The notes beneath the pieces were generated by a model that had not been told where the DNA came from, made no database searches, and saw only the letters and a program-made list of their open reading frames with translations. A stretch of DNA of 59,038 bases, counting the filler, from Ionaspis alba (lineage: Eukaryota): assembly GCA_964255285.1 (NCBI GenBank). It is 3 parts of 3 records of this genome, joined end to end, with 100 filler letters (N's around TTAATTAATTAA, not from the genome) between each part and the next. Parts side by side here need not be neighbours in the genome. Positions count along the whole stretch, not along the records: positions 39,467 to 59,038 come from CAXUUL010000263.1; 2 more parts are not named here. One strand, given 5' to 3'. Shown piece after piece: positions 39,509 through 52,147 of this stretch. Made by a program: the position numbers and the translations under genes. The first letter of the stretch is position 1. Every line of letters starts with the position of its first letter.

Positions 39509-40872
39509 ATGTCCAACTTTTTCAGCAATAAGGCTCGTGCTGCGGCTGCAGCGACGAACGGAGCGTCTTCTTCGAAAGGCCCAACTCCAAAGGAGAAAGA
39601 CAATACGAGACTGCAACCATGGGTCGAGAAATAGTAAGCAAGAATATCTATTCTCTACTGTGTATTTGTTCTAAAGTCGCAACCCAAGCCGGCCAAAAAG
39701 CCTCGACGACGTCGCCGCCCAGGACCACACCATTACTGTCCTTCAGCGGACCCTCCAAGCCTCCAACGTTAGTGCATACGAGCACTTCCTTTCGATACTC
39801 AACTAACGCCTTTGAAGCTCCCCCACATGCTCTTCTACGGCCCTCCCGGCACAGGCAAAACCTCCACCATTCTCGCCCTAGCCAAACAGCTCTACGGCCC
39901 GGCCATGTTCCATACCCGCGTCCTCGAGCTCAACGCCTCCGACGAACGAGGCATTTCCATCGTCCGCGAAAAAGTCAAAGACTTCGCACGCCAACAGCTT
40001 TCGAACCCGCCGCCAAATTACACGGACAAGTATCCCTGCCCACCCTACAAGATCATCATTCTGGACGAAGCCGACAGCATGACGCAGGATGCGCAGAGCG
40101 CCCTCCGGAGGACCATGGAGACGTATAGTAAGATTACGAGATTTTGCTTGGTGTGTAATTATGTCACGCGGATTATTGATCCTTTGGCGAGTCGGTGTAG
40201 CAAATTTCGTTTTAAGAGTTTGGATCAGGGGAATGCGAAGAGGAGGTTGGAGGATATTGCGAAGCTAGAAAACGTAGGGCTGACGGAAGGTGCCGTTGAT
40301 TCGTTGATTGAGTGTAGTGAAGGCGATTTGAGGAAGGCAATTACATTCTTGCAAAGTGCGGCGAGATTGGTGGGGGCGATGAAGGCAAAGCCTGGTGGGG
40401 GTTCGAAGGGGAGGAAGATCGTGGACGAGGAGGATGACGATGCTATGGATGTGGATGGAGAATCTCAAGGCGGGGGTTTAGTGACAACGAAGAGTATAGA
40501 GGAGATTGCTGGCGTGATTCCATATGAAGTGGTGGGAGGGCTTATCCGAGCCATGCAACCGAGATCCAAAGGGGCAGTCTATGAGGCCGTCGCTAAGGCT
40601 GTGACGGATATGGTGGCTGATGGTTGGAGTGCTACGCAAGCTGTTACGCAGGTATGATGCGACTCCCAGGACACATTTTCCGAGGTAGGCTAATTGGGAT
40701 ATTCTAGATGTATCAACTGATACTGTACAACGACACCATACCAGACAAACAGAAGAACAAGATTGTAATGGTCTTCTCAGAAATCGACAAAAGGCTGGTG
40801 GACGGAGCGGACGAGCACCTTGAGATACTGGATTTGGCATTGAGAGTGTCGGGTATTCTTGCCGAGTCATAG
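39509..40872 (+). CDS. RFC2: Replication factor C subunit 2 (clamp loader), four exons
   Basis: [78 protein letters not shown]; last exon ..[19 protein letters not shown]. Confidence 0.93.
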
Positions 40873-41526
40873 GATAAGTCGAGTTACTTCTTCTGAAGTA
40901 CGCTTTACTGGTGATGCTTTTGTATGTGCGGATTCCGATCTTAGCGTTGGCGTTCTGGGTTGTGGGCTAAGAGAAATCCACATCTTTTCATGTGGCTGCC
41001 ACGGTACACATAGGACAATGGCACCTGAAGTGAGGTGCCTGCTAATATCAATACTCGAAACTTCAGCGCCAGGCTTCGAGAATGGATTCGGAGTGATTTC
41101 AAATCACATAGAGGATACCAGCATTGAAGGTGCCCATGTCGAGTCTCTACTGGAGACATACTGAGTTATAGGATGGACTGAGTGTAGTTGACTTCGTCAT
41201 TATTGCTTTGACAGCACAGACTAGTCCCATTCCTGNNNNNNNNNNNNNNNNNNNNNNNNNNNNNNNNNNNNNNNNNNNNNNNNNNNNNNNNNNNNNNNNN
41301 NNNNNNNNNNNNNNNNNNNNNNNNNNNNNNNNNNNCTCTGCCTACTGATTCGTTGGAACAGTATTCGCACAACGACCTCCTTAAGGAGTGAGTAATCGAA
41401 AATAGTGCCGAGAAGGAGTGGTTTACCTTGCGCCATTCCTTCAGAGCTTTCAAATTCCAATATAGAAGAGTGAAAGAATCGGATCTTGCACGGTGTGGAT
41501 TTGAAACCGTGTTTCACTGCTATCTT

Positions 41527-42777
41527 TCAGACGGCCATAGCAGTAGCGGCGCCAATGCCTCTCTGAGACAGTGACTTGTGATAGCTGTCGTCGTGTATGT
41601 TCTCCTTTCCAAACTGCTTGCCTGCCGCTCTGGCACTCTTACTTTTCTTCTTCGCCTTCTCAACCCCTTGACCAGTTCTCTCGGTCATTCCGAGCTGTGC
41701 ATCCACATCTCTGGCTCGGTCGTAGAACTCGTGCAGCTCCAGAATCTCGCAAACTTGGGTATAATTCTTCGCTTGTTGGCACCGCTTTTGAGCATTCACT
41801 TTGCCCGGCATAAGCTGGCTCAGTAGAAATTTCGTATTGCCCCACCTATTCTCGACATTGAGAGCAATTTTCATGTATTCAGTCACTACCTCTCTCCAAG
41901 GTAGTAGACCACCCTGCTCCTCCGTCCGGAAGACGCTCGAGTTGGCTTCCGCTGCTGTGGCGATCATGCCACCATCGACACCGTACTCTTCAGCAAGCTT
42001 GATTGCTTCGGTTCTGTTTATCACATCACCGTTCATCAAGCATGCCACACCAGCTTCTCTGCAGACACCACCAATCATTCTCAGTTGTTCCCGTATGGCT
42101 CTCTCCCTGGGCCTCATAGGCGTTGTGCGACAATGGACAGTCAAGCCGGTAATGCCTGTTTTGACTAATCTCCTAACCAATGTTTCTGTCTTCTCAGGGG
42201 TCTCCAATAGTCGAATCTTCACACTAACGCCGATCTCATAGACTCCGCCCACCTCTTTGACCAGAGCCTCCAGTATCGAAGCCAGGAGTTCGGGAGTCTG
42301 TAACAATGCTGCTCCCATCCCTCCAGAAGTAGAAAATGGCTTTGGACAACCCGCATTGACATCAATCCCGGCCACATCACGCGCAACCAGCTTCGCAGCT
42401 TCCACCGCCAAGGTGGGGGAAGCTGTTCCAATCTGGAAAATCAATTTCCCCTTCTCGAGCTCAGGATGTAGCCTGTAGATCACACTTTCTCTTTGCTCAA
42501 GGGGAGGCGTTCTAGAGCTGTTAGAAGGGAAGCGCGTAAAGTCGATCGTCGATGTTCTGGGATTGAATTTTCTGGTCGTCCCTATCATGGCTTTGTCGAC
42601 TGTCTCGGGGCCCCAAACGAGGTCGGCACCATACTTAAGAGCGAGGAGTCGAGAGGGCAACTCGCCAGAACGGACCATCGGAGCGAGAACAACTTTCCCA
42701 CGATAATCGACACCATTCTTAGGTATGGGAACCTTCTTGGAAGTCGATGCCATAACGGTGGTGAGGTGGCGGAGCAT
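41527..42777 (-). CDS. DUS2: tRNA-dihydrouridine synthase 2 (Smm1)
   Basis: VVLAPMVRSGELPSRLLALKYGADLVWGPE, FQIGT, GIDVNAGCPKPFSTSGGMGAALL and SVKIR; start is 42777 or 42753. Confidence 0.9.
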   Translation of the reverse strand: MLRHLTTVMASTSKKVPIPKNGVDYRGKVVLAPMVRSGELPSRLLALKYGADLVWGPETVDKAMIGTTRKFNPRTSTIDFTRFPSNSSRTPPLEQRESVIYRLHPELEKGKLIFQIGTASPTLAVEAAKLVARDVAGIDVNAGCPKPFSTSGGMGAALLQTPELLASILEALVKEVGGVYEIGVSVKIRLLETPEKTETLVRRLVKTGITGLTVHCRTTPMRPRERAIREQLRMIGGVCREAGVACLMNGDVINRTEAIKLAEEYGVDGGMIATAAEANSSVFRTEEQGGLLPWREVVTEYMKIALNVENRWGNTKFLLSQLMPGKVNAQKRCQQAKNYTQVCEILELHEFYDRARDVDAQLGMTERTGQGVEKAKKKSKSARAAGKQFGKENIHDDSYHKSLSQRGIGAATAMAV

Positions 42778-43009
42778 ACCACCTCAATCCGGAGTGGTCA
42801 ATATGCTTTGCAGATTCATTCCTCAAAAGCGAAAATGACTTCGATAAGTATTCGTAATTTGTGCAACTTGTGCAAGATGCTGCATAAAATGCTGTGGCAG
42901 AAATTATGGCAAAGCCCCTCTCCGATATGAGATCAGATGTAGGAGAGCTAAAGGTCTAGCTTGTCTTTTGTACCTACATTCGCTCGATCCAAGAAAAATC
43001 CTTCCTTAT

Positions 43010-44357
43010 ATGCTCCCTATCAGGCAAGCCACCAAGCTTTCCAATTGTGCCCACAGTCCAATCGGGAGCGCCCACATAAATTCCTCAGCAGCTGCAGCTT
43101 TTCGCACACTGGCTCCCCCCACCGGAAGACCCACCAGCCCGAACTCAATAAATACTTCGAGTTCTCGTTTATCCCTCGTCTCTCGACATCTAGCAACAAG
43201 ACCATCCAACAACTCAGGTAACCTTGACATGTCTCGGTACAGTGTCAGGAAAGTGGCCCCGGCCAATACTCTTGAGCATCGCATCTATATTGAGAAGGAT
43301 GGTGTGCCTGTCTCGCCGTTCCACGACATTCCCCTGTATGCCAATGAGCAGCAGACGGTACTGAACATGATCGTGGAGATCCCTCGGTGGACCAATGGCA
43401 AGCTTGAGGTTCGCAGGGATCCTTTTACCAGTTTTCTCGAGTCAATTGGCCCTTCTGACCCATATGAAAACCTCAATTTTGAGCCAGAAGCTGACCATTG
43501 CGTTGCCCAGATCTCCAAGGAAGAAGAGCTCAACCCAATCAAGCAGGATGTCAAGAAGGGCAAGCTTCGCTTCGTCCGCAACTGCTTCCCCCACAAGGGC
43601 TATCTCTGGAACTACGGTGCCTTCCCCCAAGCAAGTCCTCAACAAAGCTCCCCAATTGCCATGTTTCTCATCGTGCTATAGACGTGGGAAGACCCCAATG
43701 TCGTCCACCCCGAGACCAAAGCCAAGGGCGACAACGACCCTCTCGATGTTTGCGAGATTGGCGAACTGGTCGCTACGCCCGGACAAGTCAAGCAGGTCAA
43801 GGTCTTAGGCGTCATGGCTCTGCTTGACGAGGACGAGACGGATTGGAAAATCATTGTCATCGATGTCAATGACCCATTGGCCCCAAAGCTCAACGACATT
43901 GAGGATGTGGAGAGGCATCTGCCCGGTCTCCTTAGAGCTTCAAACGAGTGGTTCCGTATCTACAAAATCCCGGACGGAAAGCCTGAGAATCAGTTTGCTT
44001 TCTCCGGCGAGTGCAAGAACAAGAAGTGAGCTAGCTCCCAGCTCAAGACCCAATGCTCTGGTACTAAATTTGCGACGCTAGATACGCCACCGACATCGTC
44101 CGCGAGTGTGCTGAGGCATGGGAGAAACTGATCACCGGGAAGACCAACCCGGGCAAAATCTCTTTGTATGTTTGCCAACCAGACTTCCTGCACGGCCACT
44201 GCTAACGGAACGAAACAGGAAAAACTTGGCAGTGGGCAACTCACCTGACCGTGTCGAGCCCCGGTCAATCCAGGTCCCACCACATGAGGATCTGCCGCCC
44301 GCACCCATCGATGGTATCTATGACAAGTGGTTCTTCATCTCCGGCGCTGCTGTCTGA
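43010..44357 (+). CDS. IPP1: Inorganic pyrophosphatase; upstream ATG 43010 (extended form) and ATG 43229 (short form)
   Basis: [75 protein letters not shown] and DKWFFISG. Confidence 0.95.
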
Positions 44358-44545
44358 GCACCAAAAAGTGGCACATGCTGAGACTGACGTGGGGATTGTG
44401 GACTGCGACTGCGAAAAGATATTTGATATACGCCCGTGGCTGCATGACTGCATATATAACACATTCATAGACATGCAAAAGTTAAATATTTATTACCCAA
44501 ACGCCACCGCTGATGCACTGCGTGGTATTTTGTTTTTGTAGTCCT

Positions 44546-44930
44546 TCAATTCCCTGACAAGTCTGCCTGCCGATTGAGACCCCTCGAGTGCCGGTCGATC
44601 TCCTCCATGACATCGTTTATGCTCAGCTTCTCTGTGTCCAATTGCAACTCCTTTCCATCCTCTGTAGTCGTTTCGTTAGCGATACTCTGGAGTCGTAAAC
44701 ATGATCAAGGACAATCCGTAGAGGTGACCGTCTAGCCCAGGAACTGACGTACTGAACTTCACATGCAGCGAACTCTTCTCCCTGCTACCGCGTGGTAGTA
44801 TCTGCGTATTGATCTTCATGGTCTGTCGGGCATTGGGTGGCAGATGGGCAAGGAAGACGCGACATGTTTTTGCTTTCTTTGTGAACGGATTGAATTTCGT
44901 GGTGACTTCTATTAAGTGTTTTGTGATCAT
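44546..44930 (-). CDS. MRPL44: Mitochondrial large ribosomal subunit protein mL53 (MrpL44), two exons
   Basis: MITKHLIEVTTKFNPF..AKTCRVFLAHLPP...LHVKF|KDGKELQLDTEKLSINDVMEEIDRHSRGL..GN*. Confidence 0.85.
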
Positions 44931-45297
44931 TTCGAAAGGAATCCGAGGACTAGATGATGGAATCAGTGATTGGACTTTGAGTGGAAAGTAAGNNNNNNNN
45001 NNNNNNNNNNNNNNNNNNNNNNNNNNNNNNNNNNNNNNNNNNNNNNNNNNNNNNNNNNNNNNNNNNNNNNNNNNNNNNNNNNNNNNNNNNNNGACAAGAT
45101 ATCAAGCTCAAGATCTTTATGCTCTATACTATTTCCATGCTTCGAGGGAGGTGAGTTACTTGACTACTGATCCGCTGTTTTGGACCAAGATTAGGGGCTT
45201 CGGTCCCCCGGAATAGCGAGAACCTCGTCAAACGACTGGAGGGCTAAGGGGACCTTCTTTGTCTCACAACACAATTGCTGCCACCTACACCTCTGAT

Positions 45298-46727
45298 ATG
45301 ACCCCTCAAGAGCTCAGCTCAAGCCTCAAATCTCTATCCGAAGCCCACAGAGAAGCTTCGACTCTGATCACTCGACTTTCCAAGCTCTCATCCACTCCAG
45401 ATACCAACCCTTCTCAGGCAGACGAAACAGACAACCGTGTCGAGCTCAGCACCGAGATCCACCAAAGCTTGAAAGAGCAGGAAGAGGAGCTTGAAATTCT
45501 CAGACAAGAGGTCGAGGACCTTACGAGTAGCGGTCACTGGGTCGCCGGAGCTAGAAGACAGGACTCTGAGAAAGACAGGGAACGTCTTACGCTTATTACG
45601 CAGGTCGAGCGATTGGATGAGGATCTGAAGCTGTAGGTCTATGTATGTTTGAAACGTTGACGACGTTGCTGACTGCAATTTTCAAGAGCTCGCATACAAT
45701 TCCGTCGTGCCCAACTCCAAGCCAAGCGCAACGCCGAAGCTGCTAAACGAAAGGAGCGGGAGCTGCTCTTTGCCGCCGTTCAAGAAGGTCACGCCACCGG
45801 CCCTGGTAGACGGAAAGGACAGGGGAAGCTATCTCAAGACGACTTGCTGGTCAATGCCTCCAGCGACGTAACAGCGGCGCTGCGAAGAACTCACCAGTTG
45901 ATGCAAGCAGAGCTTGCACGAAGCCAATTTGCTCGCGATAGTCTCGGTACACTCTACTACCTCTCCTGTCTCAAAACATGATATACTGACATTGGGCCTA
46001 CACAGAGCAATCTACCGCAGCTCTCACGACCCTAAACGAATCCTACAGCACCCTCGGCACCCTCCTGACTTCCTCGCGCTCCCTCATCTCTACCCTAGTC
46101 TCCTCTCAGAAATCCGATACCTGGTATCTTGAAACAGCCTTCTACATCCTTGTCGGTACTATCATCTGGCTTGTCTTCCGCCGCATCTTCTGGATCCCAT
46201 ACAAAGCCATCCTATTGATGATTCGGGTGTCCATAACGGCATTCACAGCTCTCCTTGGAGCCATCGGAGGATCAGGCCATAGCGATTCGCTGTCTTCGGG
46301 CGCCAGACAGGCATCGACCAGTCTGATTGTCAAGCCGAGCGCGAAGGGCGGGATACCAAGATTTGGAGACGGAATGGCTGCACCGTCGATTGCTGTTGGT
46401 GGCGGAGGGGATGGCGCAAAGAAGGTGCCGCAGGACGAGGAGAGCATGGTTGATGAAGTGGGGAAGATAGTGGATGGAACACAACAAGCTGGAGCAGGTG
46501 TCGATGTGGGCGCGGGCCCAGGGGCTGGGAAAGGGGCAGGGGTAGGTGCAGGTGAAGGGGCCGGTGTGGGTGCTGGGGCTGGGGCAGGTGAGTCTGGACA
46601 GGCTGATCAAGGCACTGTCCTAAGAGAAAGAAGACCGGATGAGAAACCAAATCCGAAGAAGAGGATGTGGGAAGAGCCACCACGTCCGCCACAGGAGGAG
46701 AAAGGGCGAGTGAAAGATGAGCTATAG
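45298..46727 (+). CDS. SEC20: ER SNARE Sec20, three exons
   Basis: Coiled coil ..ARIQFRRAQLQAKRN..ASSDVTAALRRTHQLMQAELARSQFA.., then SQKSDTWYL, a TM segment and C-terminal KDEL. Confidence 0.85.
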
Positions 46728-47563
46728 ACTTTGCTTACATGGGTATTCACTGCTTAGTATTTGCAACATTACCAGATTTCTTGAAGCCTCATCGTCGATA
46801 TCGTTTAACAATTCCTGAGACCATGGTTTGTTGAGCGAAAACATCCTATACGGCATGGAAGCCGAAAGGACTACCAATCTCTCTGTTTGACCTGGGGGAG
46901 TTCCGCCTATCCTAATGGGGACTCGTGACTCTGAGGCAGGCAATTTTTGCATTCTAGATATTGTCTAAACTATATCTCCACCGCATGGGTCTGTCATAGG
47001 ATCAGCTCTTCGCAGGCTCCAGCGAAAGCTGCTCGTGTCCACGATGCATAATCATGACCAATCTATGGAGAAGAGCTTTCCAAGAATGATATGGTGAAAA
47101 CTGAAAGAGGACATATTTTCCGAGGAATATGACTCTCCCAGTACGAGCATAGCCAGAATGCATCTTTTCGATCCAGTTACAGACCACGGCCAAACCAGGA
47201 TTCTTTGTCTTTGCCAAATACTCTATAGCAACGCCTCTACAAAAACTATAGTGTTCTCGAATCCTTTATCTATTGCATTATCCCTTGTCTCTCTCATTTA
47301 TCTACTCCATTATACATTGTCAATATTGCACAAGGTCGACCTTATCGTTAATCATTATTGAGACACAATGTCTTTATCCACTTCTTTATCCACCTTTTCA
47401 CAATGGCTGGGAATGGCTTCATCGGACAGCTATCCTCATCGGGTATATATGGACCGGAACATCTCTTGTGTCGTTTCTTCCCCAGCATTCGACAATCTCT
47501 CCGCATCTGTATATCGACTCTATTCTATACTTATCCTGATATCAGCAATATAGCACATATACC

Positions 47564-48286
47564 ATGAGCTACTGGGCTAGACATCAGGACGAGTGCCGGG
47601 ACGGGTGCGTGCACACGTACTGGAATAGCATCGTCGGTCTGCAGTACGGAGAGATTCTGTTCTACCATCCCCGGTCAAGACTTCCGCCCATCGAATGCCC
47701 CGAGCTCTCCATCCAGCACTTGGTTGTCTCCCTACCTCACAAGTACAAGAACGCCAAGTACCTCGACAACAACGACTATCTGGCCTGCTTAGTGGTCACC
47801 TCGGATCCATCGCACCCGGACCAGCAGGAGATCGTCGGATCAAGAGACGAGCCTCAGATCAAGCCCCTAGACGCCGCCACAGCTCTCTATCAGGAGGACA
47901 AATACGACAATGGTGTCGACTGGGAACCCGTAGCCTGGAGCAAGGTCTCCAACGTCGGGCTCCACGTCGAGACCTTCCATATGGCGACTCTCCATCGTCT
48001 CCGCCCCAAGCTCCCCAACTTTCGTGCAAAGCTCGATACTGACTCATATCGCAGGCTCCTGAAACTTGTCGACAACGTTCGTAGCCGCACATTCCTCCGA
48101 AAACGCTCGGATTGGTGGACACCAATAAATCCTTTCTTCAAGGCTCTCAAGGCGTGGGACACAGAGAAGGTTGCGGAACCCATTCCAAAGCATCTGCGAT
48201 GGGTCCGGAAGTTCGAGCCTCGCACCAGCAAGGTGTACAGGGAGTACAGGAAGGAGAGGAAGGCCAGATATCGTGTCGGACAGTAG
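47564..48286 (+). CDS. Intronless hypothetical protein, 240 aa (possible PemK/MazF-like barrel; unverified)
   Basis: Good start context (ACCATGA), strongly C/G-ending codons against AT-rich flanks, open to TAG. Confidence 0.7.
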   Translation: MSYWARHQDECRDGCVHTYWNSIVGLQYGEILFYHPRSRLPPIECPELSIQHLVVSLPHKYKNAKYLDNNDYLACLVVTSDPSHPDQQEIVGSRDEPQIKPLDAATALYQEDKYDNGVDWEPVAWSKVSNVGLHVETFHMATLHRLRPKLPNFRAKLDTDSYRRLLKLVDNVRSRTFLRKRSDWWTPINPFFKALKAWDTEKVAEPIPKHLRWVRKFEPRTSKVYREYRKERKARYRVGQ

Positions 48287-48474
48287 AGGGAGTCATCAAA
48301 AGCCCGAGTTTTGGATTTTCAACGTTTGCATGGAGTTGGAGGGTATGTGTAAGTATAAAGAGAAAAATATAGCTGTGCTATGCCAGCTTGACAGTCCACA
48401 CCGCACGTGATATGCACAACCCATATAACCAGGACTCTTATGAGACAAGTATCCAAATCCAGTAGTCCCAAACC

Positions 48475-50003
48475 CTACCCAGCAGCCTGCCTCATAAAAA
48501 GTTCTTTCACAAACCCAACACCGTTCACAGCCTCCAAACCCCAACTCCTCAACCCCACGATTGGTCCACTCCCCACACTATAAAGCTTATGCAACTTATC
48601 CACAACCCCCATCAACCGATTATTGACCGCATACCTCTCAGCCCCATACCCATCCAAACTCATCTGCGCCCCAATATCCTGCCCATGCATAACCGAATAC
48701 TCGATATTCCGCACCAGCGCCTCAACGTCCCCGATCCCCATATTAAGTCCCTGTCCCGCAAGCGGATGGATCGTGTGTGCCGCATCCCCGACTAGCGCCA
48801 CGCGCGAGGAGGTATAGCTATCTGCATGTCGCAGGCGCAGCGGAAACGAAGCGATTGAGCCTCCCTGGACAGACACGACCGGATGCGGGATCTGCATTCC
48901 TTCTGCTAGCTGCGGCGTGTGCTTGAGCCGCCAGTCCAGCTCGTCGACCTGCCCGGAAGAGATCGTGTGCATGTAGGCGATATCGACCGGCATGAGTCTA
49001 AACGCCGCATTCACCATAGCTGCGAAATCGGACGCTTGTAGCGTCTTGAGATGCGCTGCGTGTGCCGGTGTGGTAGACCAGACGAGCGTGGCGTACGGTC
49101 CCGGAAGGGGGAGAAGCGCAATGGGACCTGTAGGCAAGAAACGCTGGTAGGCGGTTGTGTTTGAGGCGGTGTTGAAGGGGTCAGCGGAGAGGCGGACTGT
49201 TGCGACTAGACCGTGCCTATCATAGTCCCATCCGCGAGTGGGGATGTCGGCGTAGGTGCGGACGGGGCTATTGAGGCCGTCAGCGCCGATGAGGAGGCGG
49301 GTGGCGAGGATCTGGGAGGTGGAGAGCTGGATGTGCGGCCAGGAGGAGAGATCAGGGGTTTGAGGGTCTGAGGGAGTGGGGCCGGGGGTTATGGATGTTA
49401 CGGTTGTCGGAGAGAAGGTGGAGACTGTGGGGAGTTCGGAGAGACGGGTTTGGAGGGCGCGCAGGAGATTGGCGTTTTCGGTCATGTAGGCTATTGTTTT
49501 TGATTGTGAGGTCTTGGGATGTGAATGTTGTGCCCAGTCGAATTCGATGCGGGAGCCTGAGACGCCATCCCACACTTGCATGCGGTCGTAGGGCGAGACT
49601 CGGGTGTGGTCGAGGTACGGCCATGCTCCTATCTTCTTTAAAAATGACTTCGAGGATGGCGTCAGGGAGCTAGCGCGGTTGGAGAACTGATTGGGAGGCA
49701 GGGACCAGGACGAAGAGCGGGAGAGGTCTTGGGACTCGATGAGTGCGAGTTTGAGACTTGAGGTTATGGGAGAAGCACCTGCAGCGGTTCAGAAAAACAG
49801 ACTTTTGCTCCAATGAGTTGAGGCATACGAAGAGCTGTGAGCAGACTCAATCCGGCCGGGCCCCCGCCTACGCAGACGAGGTCGAAGAGCTCCGGCCTTT
49901 GAGTCGCAGCTGTTGCGAAGGTTCTTCGCCGGCGACGGATGGATTTGGTACATGCCGGACATATGTACGGACTTGTGTAAGCTCTGAGCGCTGTTGACTT
50001 CAT
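48475..50003 (-). CDS. COQ6: Ubiquinone biosynthesis FAD monooxygenase Coq6, two exons
   Basis: Arg-rich presequence; FDLVCVGGGPAG, LLIGADGLNSPVR, AYQRFLPTGPIALLP and ALVGDAAHTIHPLAGQGLNMG. Confidence 0.92.
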
Positions 50004-50351
50004 GGCTGTTCCCAAGCATCAACAATACTTCCGTAGTGGTAATACTCGAGCGAGTGTAATGACGAAGGGCTTGGCATCAGTAATGGCATCAAACTACGAT
50101 AAAACTTTGTGCTACACTACGAATCTTAGGGTTTGAGCTGACTAAATGCAAGGATCATGTTCAGTCAACGATTTCAGAATTGCAAGTAGGTTCTGAGGAA
50201 ATTCGGAAAATCTTGTCAATAACTGCCCATATCTAGTCTATAAGTCTATTTCTCCTGTCTTTTACCGTCCTTGTCTGGGTTATCGATCTGAATTTGTCAA
50301 CAAACAATGCACCACGCCTTCACTAAACAATTTACATAAAGCCCCAGAGTC

Positions 50352-51199
50352 TCATGCCTTGAAAAGTTGTCTCCGAGCAGGCTTAGGTTTTGGTTCCGAT
50401 ATCCAGCCCTTTGAATTCGCGACCTTCAGGCTTTGATAGAAAGCAAGCCCAATCCTCTCGTACGCCTTGTCTCCGGGATGGGTACCATCTACCAAATCCG
50501 AGACGGCAACGAGCTTATGAGTATGCACGAGCAGTACATGTTTGCCCTTTGCTGCCCGTTCCTCGACCAGTCCGGCAATGGCTTTGTTATATTTGTCGAT
50601 GTACTTGTTTGCATTTGAGTCGCTGTTGGGAGGCAGCTCTGCCACCAGAAGCACAACACCGGGGGACTTCTCCAAGACGAGGTCCATAAGCTGGCCGAGA
50701 CGCTTTGGAGCTTCTGACTGGTCCTTTGGATCCTTGGATTTCATGTCGTTTGTGCCGACGAGCAGAGTGACAACTGAAGGAAGATATTTAGGGATGGCTG
50801 TTCTAGCTACTGCGGTGACAGGTAGGATTTTGTAACCGGGATGGCCTTCATTGAAGTTCAAGTTGTCCGGTCGTTGAGTTCCACCATGCTGAGAGCCAAC
50901 GGCCGTGACGTGATTGCCGGCCTTAATCAAAGCGTTGTAGAGATCGTCACGGTAGCCATTACCTTGACTACTTCCGACGCCGAAGGTAATTGATGCTATA
51001 CAGAAAGTTAGTCAACTGTACCAAAAATGGTATCGTCCATGGCGGCAAAGAGTTTTGTGCTCTGATCCTCATGAGCAACAGGATGTGTGAGTTACGTACC
51101 TCCCAATGGCATAATTCTTAGTGTTTTGCCAGTGATTGCCAGCACGCTCGGCGTAAAGCCCGCAGCCAGTAACATGACTTTCGAAAAAGGAAAATGCAT
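50352..51199 (-). CDS. Secreted SGNH/GDSL hydrolase (CE3 acetylxylan-esterase-like), two exons
   Basis: Signal peptide MHFPFSKVMLLAAGFTPSVLA, block I LRIMPLG|ASITFG, NEGHPG, block III GTND and block V DGTHP. Confidence 0.88.
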
Positions 51200-52147
51200 G
51201 TTGAGATTTATTTAGGATATACTTTGGATAGCAGATTTATCTTTGGTGAATGCAATGAAAGTTCTAACGTTCAGCGGGCTTATAATGAGTGAATGCTCGA
51301 TAACCAGATGAAGACAACGGATGCTTGATGAATAGACGAAGATAATGAATGCTCGATGGTAAAGAAAACGACAAAGGCTGGAGGCCTTGTACTTATCCTC
51401 CTATGCGAGTCAAGCACCACCTGCTAAGATGGCATAGCCCAGGACGATATTTACGTGCGCCATGGTGAGATCCATGAGGATGAAATTAATCCCTCGAAGA
51501 AACAAGCTGAGACTTCACCAACCACTCGAAATGCTCCATAAACTTCCTCGACCTCACGATGCTCTCCGAATCCTGCCCGTCTGTCTTGAAGGATGACACT
51601 AAGCTTGAGGATTAGAAGAGCAGTAGTATGATCAAAGTCTACCATGGAAGTTGATAGGTATGCTGTTCCTTTTGCACCAACATGCCAAGTGAGGTTGGAA
51701 TTAAACAAGTCTTATTGGTGCAGTGCTGCGGATTGACGGATTGGATTAAACAAGGAGCTACAGTGTCGAGAACTGATATCAAAGGATTAAGGAGAATACA
51801 TGAACAAGAGATCCTGAATCAATTACTCAGCTTGAAGAGTCAAGGTAGATAAGGTGCAGTGCCCAGATTGTTGGTTACATCCATTGTTGTTTCGGTTCCT
51901 CTGGCATGAGCGAATAAGGTTCAGTATCACGGAGAAAGTAAACGCTGCACCCTACTTTTTGTCAGACACTAGCTCCCTTTCCTATTGAAAGGAGTAGATC
52001 TTGAGGATATACAACAATCTGGCTCCCGTCTATACATCAGCTAAGGGGTCCAATTCGATCTGCGGGACCTGATCTAACCGCTGGTGCCCAAGCAGGCACT
52101 GCGGACATTCGTCGTCTGCAGACAAACTTCTTTGGACCATTAGCATT

